From positions 1-10,938 of the forward strand of contig JAHQXC010000042.1 of assembly GCA_029856525.1 (NCBI GenBank): 10,938 nucleotides of DNA, read 5' to 3'. The notes under the pieces are model-generated. The model was not told where the DNA came from, searched no databases, and worked only from the letters and a program-made list of their open reading frames with translations. The translations under genes were made by a program, and so were the position numbers. This DNA is from Candidatus Odinarchaeia archaeon. Its GTDB lineage: Archaea > Asgardarchaeota > Odinarchaeia > Odinarchaeales > Odinarchaeaceae. Within the stretch, counting starts at the first letter, position 1. Every line of letters begins with the position of its first letter. This document shows, in pieces, positions 1-6,412 of the stretch.

Positions 1-221
1 AGTATTTCCCCGTTTAGCTCTGTAGCGTAAACTTTTTTAAATAATTTCGCTAAAGGAATCGTAAAATACCCTGCTCCAGCCCCTATTTCGCAAGCTGTTT
101 TCCTTTTTTCCTCTCCTAATACTTCTTTTATTATATTTACGAAAATTTTAGTTGAAAGGAAACTCTCTCTTTCAACGTCTTCAAGAATTTTAATATTTTT
201 AGGATTAAAGACATGAGGCAT
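1..221 (-). CDS. Class I SAM-dependent methyltransferase, 5' part (runs off the window edge; not in the ORF track)
   Basis: Hand translation from ATG at 221 gives MPHVFNPKNIKILEDVERESFLSTKIFVNIIKEVLGEEKRKTACEIGAGAGYFTIPLAKLFKKVYATELNGEI. It contains SAM-binding motif I (EIGAGAG) followed by the beta-2 strand ending in an acidic residue (VYATE). It starts 10 nt after the corA stop. Confidence 0.88.
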   Translation of the reverse strand, partial: MPHVFNPKNIKILEDVERESFLSTKIFVNIIKEVLGEEKRKTACEIGAGAGYFTIPLAKLFKKVYATELNGEI

Positions 222-231
222 ATTTCATCAG

Positions 232-1236
232 TTAAATCCATTTTTTTCTTCTAAAATAAAGTAGCATGATAATGCTTACCGTGATCATCACGAGTACCAC
301 CAGCGGATAACCCCATATAAACTCTAGTTCCGGCATGAATTTAAAATTCATGCCATAGACGCCTGCGATAAACGTTAAAGGTATGAATATGGTAGCTATT
401 ATAGTTAATATTTTCATAACTTCATTTGTTCTATTACTTATACTTGAAAGATAAATATCAACCATACCCGATAATATTTCTTGTAATGTTTCGATTAAAT
501 CTATTATTTGAATAATATGATCGTAGACGTCTCTCAAGTAAATTATAGTTTTCTGGGATATGAAAGGCGCTCCTATTCTCAATAACACGTTAATTACTTC
601 TCGTAGAGGCCATACAGCTTTTCTTATAAATATTATCTCTCTTTTTAGCCTGTTAATTTCATTAATCGTTGTCTGAGAGGGTTTGGATATCAATTCCTCA
701 TCTATTCGTTCAATTTTCTCTTCAAGTATATCACATATATCAAAATAATTATCTACGATTGAATCTATCAGAGATGAGAGTAAGAAGTCAGCGCCCATAC
801 CTCTTATTAAACCCTTATCCTGTCTAATCGCCTCCCTTACAATCTCGAATACGTCTCCTTCCTTTTCCTGAAATGAAATCACATAGTCTTTACCTAGAAT
901 GAAGCTTACCTGTTCAATATGTATTTCATCTTTCTCTGAATTATATTGAAACATTTTTACTATTATGTAAACATAGTTTTCAAAGACGTCTATTTTTGGG
1001 CGTTGATCTATGTGACTTATATCTTCTATTATAAGGGGGTGTATTCCGTAAAGTTTGCCTATGTAATTATTCAATTCCCTATCATTCACCGTGTTAATGT
1101 TTATCCACGCCACTGTGGTGTTCTTTCTATATAATTGTAGCTCCTCTGGATCCTGTAATTTTTTTTCAAAAAACTCTTTGTTATTATAATTTATTACTTC
1201 GATTTTTATAAGACTCGCCTGCCGTTTATTTTTCAA
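232..1236 (-). CDS. corA: Magnesium/cobalt transporter CorA
   Basis: YGMNF signature, MPEL loop, two C-terminal TM helices, HPLIIEDI...QRPK and YLRDVYDH motifs. TTG start, exact start uncertain. Confidence 0.97.
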   Translation of the reverse strand: MKNKRQASLIKIEVINYNNKEFFEKKLQDPEELQLYRKNTTVAWININTVNDRELNNYIGKLYGIHPLIIEDISHIDQRPKIDVFENYVYIIVKMFQYNSEKDEIHIEQVSFILGKDYVISFQEKEGDVFEIVREAIRQDKGLIRGMGADFLLSSLIDSIVDNYFDICDILEEKIERIDEELISKPSQTTINEINRLKREIIFIRKAVWPLREVINVLLRIGAPFISQKTIIYLRDVYDHIIQIIDLIETLQEILSGMVDIYLSSISNRTNEVMKILTIIATIFIPLTFIAGVYGMNFKFMPELEFIWGYPLVVLVMITVSIIMLLYFRRKKWI

Positions 1237-1294
1237 AACTCATATTAATCTGCTTTAATTTCTATGATTTTAATATTTTTACTTTATTCTTTAT

Positions 1295-1310
1295 CGTAAA
1301 ATTTATATAG
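1295..1310 (+). promoter_or_regulatory. Putative archaeal BRE/TATA promoter for the thermosome gene
   Basis: CGTAAAA followed by TTTATATA (1302-1309), about 60 nt upstream of the ATG at 1372. SD-like GAGGTG at 1360-1365. Confidence 0.5.
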
Positions 1311-1371
1311 AAGTATAAATACTATTCACTCAAATTTTAACACTGAATTTTGAAAGCTCGAGGTGTTATCT

Positions 1372-3015
1372 ATGGCTGAGGTAGGGCAATTAGGCGGAAC
1401 TCCGATACTTATCCTTAAGGAAGGCACAAGTAGAACTAAAGGTAGAGAAGCTCAAAGAGCTAATATAACCGCTGCTAAAGTTATAGCTGAAGCCGTTAGA
1501 ACCTCTCTAGGCCCCCGTGGAATGGATAAAATGCTAGTGGATAGCCTAGGTGATGTTACAATCACAAACGATGGAGCTACTATACTAAAAGAAATGGATG
1601 TCCAGCATCCGGCTGCTAAAATGATGGTTGAAGTAGCTAAAACCCAGGATCAAGAGGTCGGCGACGGTACAACAACAGCGGTTGTATTAGCCGGTGAACT
1701 TTTGAAGAAAGCTGAAGAATTATTAGATAAAAATATCCACCCGACGATTATAGTTTCAGGTTACAGAAAAGCTACAGATAAAGCTCTTAAAATAATTGAT
1801 GAGATCTCTATAGATGTAAGCCCAGACGATGATCAAGTTTTGAAAAACGTGGCTATCACCGCCATGGCTACTAAAGTCGTCAGCGGAGCCAGAGAGTTCT
1901 TAGCTGATTTAGCGGTTAAAGCTGTGAAATCTGTTGTTGAAAAAGTCGGCGACGAGCTCAGAGTTGACATCGATAACGTGAAAGTGGAGAAGAAGGAGGG
2001 CGGTAGCATAGAAGACACTTTGCTAATTAACGGCGTTCTACTTGATAAAGAAGTAGTTCACCACGCGATGCCGAAAAAAGTGAAAAACGCTAAGATCGCG
2101 TTACTGGACGGTGCGCTGGAAGTCGAGAAAACCGAATTCGACGCTAAAATTAATATCACGCAAGTAGAGCAAATGCAGGCTTTCCTCGAAGAAGAGCAGA
2201 ATATCCTTAAGAACATGGTTGAAAAAATCAAGGCGGCAGGTGCTAACGTAGTGATCACTCAAAAAGGTATAGATGATTTAGCGCAGCACTATCTCGCTAA
2301 AGCCGGTATTTTAGCAGTGAGACGTGTAAAGAAATCTGATATGGATAAGCTTGCAAAAGCCACAGGCGGATCTATAGTAACAAACGTTGAGGATATAACA
2401 GCTAAAGACCTAGGTGAAGCTGAGGTCGTCTACGAGAAGAAGGTCGGCGATGAGCAGATGGTCTTCGTTGAAGGATGTAAGAATCCGAAGTCTGTCAGCG
2501 TCCTCATCAGAGGGGCTAGTGAAATGGTTGTAAACGAGGCGGAGCGAGCCTTCCACGACGCTTTATGTGTTGTGAGAAATATTCTACTTGAGTCAAAGGT
2601 AGTCGCCGGTGGGGGGGCTCCTGAAGTGGAGATCGCGAAGGCTCTTAGAGACTACGCTGAGACTTTAAGCGGTAGAGAACAGCTTGCAGTTATAAAATTC
2701 GCGGAGGCTGTTGAATCAATACCTAGGACACTAGCTGAGAACGCTGGCTTAGACCCTGTGGACATATTAGTCCAGTTGAAGGCTGCTCATGAAAACGGTC
2801 GTAAATGGGCTGGCGTCAACATTCTAGACGGCGGAGTCGCTGACATGGATAAACTTAATATTTGGGAACCATCATCAGTTAAGAAACAGGCGATTAAATC
2901 AGCTAGTGAAGCAGCGCAGATGATATTAAGAATAGATGATATCATCGCTGCAGGTAAATCTACATCGCCTAAACCGCCAAGCCCTTCAGGAGCTGAAAGC
3001 AGTGACGAATATTAA
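1372..3015 (+). CDS. ths: Thermosome subunit (group II chaperonin, CCT/TCP-1 family); alpha/beta not resolved
   Basis: [24 protein letters not shown] and GGGAPE motifs. ATG 1372 is preferred over GTG 1363 because GAGGTG lies 6 nt upstream of it. Confidence 0.98.
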   Translation: MAEVGQLGGTPILILKEGTSRTKGREAQRANITAAKVIAEAVRTSLGPRGMDKMLVDSLGDVTITNDGATILKEMDVQHPAAKMMVEVAKTQDQEVGDGTTTAVVLAGELLKKAEELLDKNIHPTIIVSGYRKATDKALKIIDEISIDVSPDDDQVLKNVAITAMATKVVSGAREFLADLAVKAVKSVVEKVGDELRVDIDNVKVEKKEGGSIEDTLLINGVLLDKEVVHHAMPKKVKNAKIALLDGALEVEKTEFDAKINITQVEQMQAFLEEEQNILKNMVEKIKAAGANVVITQKGIDDLAQHYLAKAGILAVRRVKKSDMDKLAKATGGSIVTNVEDITAKDLGEAEVVYEKKVGDEQMVFVEGCKNPKSVSVLIRGASEMVVNEAERAFHDALCVVRNILLESKVVAGGGAPEVEIAKALRDYAETLSGREQLAVIKFAEAVESIPRTLAENAGLDPVDILVQLKAAHENGRKWAGVNILDGGVADMDKLNIWEPSSVKKQAIKSASEAAQMILRIDDIIAAGKSTSPKPPSPSGAESSDEY

Positions 3016-3019
3016 TAAT

Positions 3020-3337
3020 ATGTCTGAAAACTCTTCAACCCCTAAAAAAAGAGTGGCTAAGAAACCAGCTGTGAAAAAAATAGGTGAAACAGAGTTTGTC
3101 ATTAAGATCGGTCCTCCAGTTCTCACTAGATATGAGCGTAGTCGAATCATAGGCGCACGAGCCTTACAGATATCCATGGGCGCGCCTATACTCATAGACT
3201 TTCAGGGTAAAATGGATCCTATTCAAATAGCTGAAGAGGAGCTTAAAAATTTAATACTCCCTATCATGGTGACTAGGACACTACCATCCGGTGAATCTCA
3301 GAGTATCCCTATAAAAGTTTTAATGAGCGGTTCTTAA
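3020..3337 (+). CDS. rpoK: DNA-directed RNA polymerase subunit K (Rpo6/RPB6/omega family)
   Basis: [22 protein letters not shown] is the Rpo6/RPB6 signature, followed by [15 protein letters not shown] 3020, 4 nt after the thermosome stop, is preferred over the track start 2936, which overlaps ths. Confidence 0.96.
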   Translation: MSENSSTPKKRVAKKPAVKKIGETEFVIKIGPPVLTRYERSRIIGARALQISMGAPILIDFQGKMDPIQIAEEELKNLILPIMVTRTLPSGESQSIPIKVLMSGS

Positions 3338-4348
3338 ATATAAATCTCTTATTTTTTTAATCTCTATATACCTATTTTTTATTTTCTCAGATTGAATATC
3401 TACAATGCTGTAGGGTCTGTGAGTTGTACTTAAAATGAAGCTATAATTTTTAAGAACATGGATGTCTTTTATCAAAAAATCTTTTAAAATTTTAAATTTC
3501 TCTTCATCACCGTATAGAAAGTTTATCGGTAAACCTGTGAAAAAGACGAATCTTTTATCTTTTACAAATCTATTAATTAAATTCAACCATTCTACTAATT
3601 CACTATAAGAATTCTTAGGAATTAAGTCAAGCGGGTGTATACCGTCGTAATTCTTCTCAATGAAGTCTACTTCTTTCCATGGGTTTCCATCCGTATGCAG
3701 AATAGCATATAACCCTTTAGATTTTATAGTCGAGCTGATTCTCCTATGGTTTTCTCTCCAAACTTTATTTATAAATTCAACCGGGTATAAGAGACCATGG
3801 TAGTCGAATACATCGTCAGCGATTCTAACAGCGTCGAAAAATTTGATGAATCTTGAATTCTTCAAAATATAAATGATATATTCTGTAAGCTTATTATGAA
3901 TTTCCTCAGCTGCACAAGTATTCACCAAACAGAGGTAAGCGTATTCGAAGCTATGCGCTAACTGTTCCTTATTTAAATTTTCACTAGCGCAAAAAGCCTC
4001 CGCTGTCTCAGTGGGACCTATCATTTTCAGCATTCTAAACCGGTCTGTCTCTGCTAGCAGATTTTTAAACACGCTGATTCTCTTATTAAACTCCTCTAAA
4101 AGCTCTTCTTTAGAAGGCCATTGATAACTGTTAATGTTTATTTTATTAGCCCAGTTTAACCTACTTGTAACTCTGCTAAATGGCCCACCGTGCACGTAAA
4201 AATCTTCGAATCTATTAATTCTACCTGATACGGTGACGATATCGCTGTAAATATTTTCGAGAAAAGTGTCTCCGATCTCTATTTGAAGCGGGGTTATCCC
4301 GGTTTTAACTCCTTTAAACAGTTTAATTATTATCTCTCTCATAATCAT
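3320..4348 (-). CDS. Uroporphyrinogen decarboxylase family / MtaA-CmuA-like (UROD/MetE-like barrel) protein, function uncertain
   Basis: Family-like motifs: Y.WP, GPTE, IADD...GLL.P..F...W, LHTDGN and DGIHPLD. Alternative start at ATG 4342. Confidence 0.72.
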   Translation of the reverse strand: MIMREIIIKLFKGVKTGITPLQIEIGDTFLENIYSDIVTVSGRINRFEDFYVHGGPFSRVTSRLNWANKININSYQWPSKEELLEEFNKRISVFKNLLAETDRFRMLKMIGPTETAEAFCASENLNKEQLAHSFEYAYLCLVNTCAAEEIHNKLTEYIIYILKNSRFIKFFDAVRIADDVFDYHGLLYPVEFINKVWRENHRRISSTIKSKGLYAILHTDGNPWKEVDFIEKNYDGIHPLDLIPKNSYSELVEWLNLINRFVKDKRFVFFTGLPINFLYGDEEKFKILKDFLIKDIHVLKNYSFILSTTHRPYSIVDIQSEKIKNRYIEIKKIRDLYLRTAH

Positions 4349-4396
4349 TAATAGATTAAATAATACTTTTATACTATTTATTTTTCAGTTTTAAAC

Positions 4397-5224
4397 ATGG
4401 ATCCGCTTATCTCATTCTCGATTTTTCTAACAGCTATTTCAATAGGAGTCGTCTCCTCGATGATCGGGATAGGCGGAAACTCTCTTTTCATCCCAATACT
4501 GGTTATTTTTTTAAATTTAGATATACATGTAGCTATCGCAACAATGGTGTTCAGCTCTCTATTCATCGGTTTATCTTCTCTAATAGTTTACTTTAAAAAT
4601 AGAGTAGTAGATTTTAAGCTAGCATTACTAATGGAGGCAGCCACTATTCCAGGGGCATTCTTAGCACCTCACATATCGATTTTAATCCCTACGGAGATTT
4701 TGACATATATATTCGTCGCCGCTATGTTTACAATATCCGGGTATATGGTGTTATCTAATCATTCTAAATCTGATATTAGTAAAGAGAAATGTAATATTCC
4801 GAAGCCAACGGTAAAAAAATATTTATGGATCAGAGAATATACTTATAAAAACGAGAGGAGAACCGCTGTTATCAATATTCCTCTAACTATAATCGCCTCT
4901 TTTATCATAGGGTTAATAGTAGGGTTGATAGGTGTAGCAGGTGGAACGATGAAGGTTCCGTTTCTAAACCTTGTATGCGGGGTGCCTATGATTATCTCCG
5001 TCGGCACGGCTTTTTTAATGATAACTTTAACATCTATATCAGCCACAGCGGGATATGCTCTTTACAATCTGATTAATTTTTCCATAGCTATACCCGTAAT
5101 AATAGGTTTAATAATAGGCTCTCAACTTGGAACCCGTGTAGCCTTAAAATTACCTCAGAAAAAACTTAAAATAATATTTAGCATGGTATTAGCCTTAATA
5201 TCTATAATTATGCTCGTCACATAA
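4397..5224 (+). CDS. TauE/SafE (TSUP) family sulfite exporter / sulfur-compound transporter
   Basis: Two repeated halves with GIGGNSLFIPIL and GVAGGTMKVPFL motifs, about 8 hydrophobic helices, and a G.QLG.R motif near the C terminus. Confidence 0.92.
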   Translation: MDPLISFSIFLTAISIGVVSSMIGIGGNSLFIPILVIFLNLDIHVAIATMVFSSLFIGLSSLIVYFKNRVVDFKLALLMEAATIPGAFLAPHISILIPTEILTYIFVAAMFTISGYMVLSNHSKSDISKEKCNIPKPTVKKYLWIREYTYKNERRTAVINIPLTIIASFIIGLIVGLIGVAGGTMKVPFLNLVCGVPMIISVGTAFLMITLTSISATAGYALYNLINFSIAIPVIIGLIIGSQLGTRVALKLPQKKLKIIFSMVLALISIIMLVT

Positions 5225-5328
5225 AATTATAGAAACCGGGATTGTAAAATATATTCATATCTGGATGAATGGTGAAAGTTTCAGCTCGCCTTTGAACGTC
5301 TCCTTCTAATCGAATCGATATGATAGCC

Positions 5329-5342
5329 GGAAAACTTTATAA
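5329..5342 (+). promoter_or_regulatory. Putative BRE/TATA promoter within the tauE-metE intergenic region
   Basis: GGAAAA (5329-5334) followed by C and TTTATAA (5336-5342). Predicted start site about 5363-5371, far upstream of the metE start. Confidence 0.45.
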
Positions 5343-5366
5343 TACTTGCAGCGTATACTCATCTCT

Positions 5367-5452
5367 GCTAGGTGTGAAATACTCGGTAAGACTGGAAGCT
5401 GACTGTGAAAGCCTGGTTGTTAACAGTCCTCTTCTAGAAGTCCAATTATAGC
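5367..5452 (+). ncRNA. Candidate structured ncRNA or metE 5' leader (unassigned family)
   Basis: Hand-counted 38/86 G+C (44%) versus about 20% in the 1237-1362 and 7553-7663 intergenic regions. Long imperfect hairpin at 5392-5437, GCTA...TAGC complementary ends, and an upstream promoter-like motif. Confidence 0.3.
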
Positions 5453-5495
5453 TTTAGTTTGAACACTCTATAAACGTTTTAACTAAATATACGGG

Positions 5496-6410
5496 TTGAT
5501 TGCTTTGATAGGAGAATTAAAGCCTTTATTGAAAACCGTGATTGGAAGCCACCCTGTTAACGGGTTAACTGGTTTAGCCGCGATTAAAAACGCGGTTGAA
5601 CAGCAGTTGAAAGCCGGTGTAGAATTGATAAGCGACGGTCAGACGCGTAGAGACATGATCACTTATTTCACAGATCACATACCAGGGTTTATGATTCAAG
5701 ATAAACAGTCTAAAATAGTGGATAAGATCACTCCACCTGACAAGTCGCCTATACTTGAAGATTTAGTATACGCTCACAGTCTTTTAAAAAAAGGGTGTTT
5801 TCTTAAAGCTATTATAACAGGGCCTGTGACTTTAGTCGCTTCAGCTAAAATCGATAAATCCTCCCCTTACAATGGATTCTTAGATCAAAAACTTTACGTA
5901 GATTTAGGTGAAGCTCTTAAAAGAGAGGCTGAGCTTTTATTGAAAAGCGGCGCGGCTTTTCTGCAAATAGATGAACCATTCTATTCCGTGGGGGCGCCTA
6001 TCGAATTAGGAGCGTTAGCTATTAAAATAATTACGGAAAAAGTTAAGGTGCCTGTTGGACTTCACGTGTGCGGTGATATTAGAAAAGTCTTCCATAAGCT
6101 TGTCTCAATACAAGGTGTGAATGTTTTAAGCTTAGAGTTCGCGGCTTCTCCTAGTAATTTCACGGTTATTAATAGAGATGATTTAGATAGATATGATAAA
6201 ATTTTGGGAGTGGGGTGCGTGAACACGCAGAGTAGTAGCGTGGAATCTGTGAACGCTATTAAAATGATTTTAGCTAAAGCTTCTTCTATATTAAACTCTA
6301 ATAATTTTATAGTTCATCCTGACTGCGGTCTAAGACTTTTATCAGTTGAAGCCGCTTATAATAAGCTGGCGAATATGGTGGAAGCGGCGAATAGCTTCTC
6401 TAAACGGTAA
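5496..6410 (+). CDS. metE: Single-domain ('core') cobalamin-independent methionine synthase, MetE catalytic domain
   Basis: TVIGSHP N terminus, SDGQ, ITGPVTL, LQIDEP, and Zn ligands GLHVCG (HxC), SLEF (E) and PDCGL (C). About 300 aa, so no N-terminal folate-binding barrel. Alternative TTG start at 5529. Confidence 0.9.
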   Translation: MIALIGELKPLLKTVIGSHPVNGLTGLAAIKNAVEQQLKAGVELISDGQTRRDMITYFTDHIPGFMIQDKQSKIVDKITPPDKSPILEDLVYAHSLLKKGCFLKAIITGPVTLVASAKIDKSSPYNGFLDQKLYVDLGEALKREAELLLKSGAAFLQIDEPFYSVGAPIELGALAIKIITEKVKVPVGLHVCGDIRKVFHKLVSIQGVNVLSLEFAASPSNFTVINRDDLDRYDKILGVGCVNTQSSSVESVNAIKMILAKASSILNSNNFIVHPDCGLRLLSVEAAYNKLANMVEAANSFSKR

Positions 6411-6412
6411 AG

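Noticed and set aside
946-1134. 62-aa hydrophobic ORF on the + strand
   Set aside because: It lies antisense within corA and is a shadow ORF.
1833-2258. Two short minus-strand ORFs (61 and 66 aa)
   Set aside because: Antisense shadows of the highly conserved thermosome gene.
2936-3019. 28-aa N-terminal extension of RpoK given by the ORF track
   Set aside because: It overlaps the thermosome coding end and has no Rpo6 similarity. ATG 3020 right after the ths stop is more plausible.
2986-3195. 69-aa minus-strand ORF
   Set aside because: Antisense to ths/rpoK with no motif.
3320-4348. Calling this gene hemE
   Set aside because: It lacks the HemE N-terminal RQAGR signature and no tetrapyrrole genes are adjacent.
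4378-5046. Two short minus-strand ORFs (62 and 67 aa)
   Set aside because: Antisense shadows of the TSUP gene.
5269-5451. Possible small (seleno)protein: ATG 5269, in-frame TGA 5293, open to TAG 5449; or a 43-aa ORF from ATG 5320
   Set aside because: No redox-type context around the TGA, no recognisable family, no SD, and the SECIS-like hairpin would lie inside the ORF.
5225-5495. tRNA, 5S rRNA, SRP RNA, RNase P RNA, C/D box sRNA, or TPP/SAM-I riboswitch in the long intergenic region
   Set aside because: No cloverleaf or TTCRA T-loop, no GAGGAAAGTCC, no canonical RTGATGA/CTGA pair at suitable spacing. Only fragmentary riboswitch-like words (e.g. ATCTGGAT) are present.
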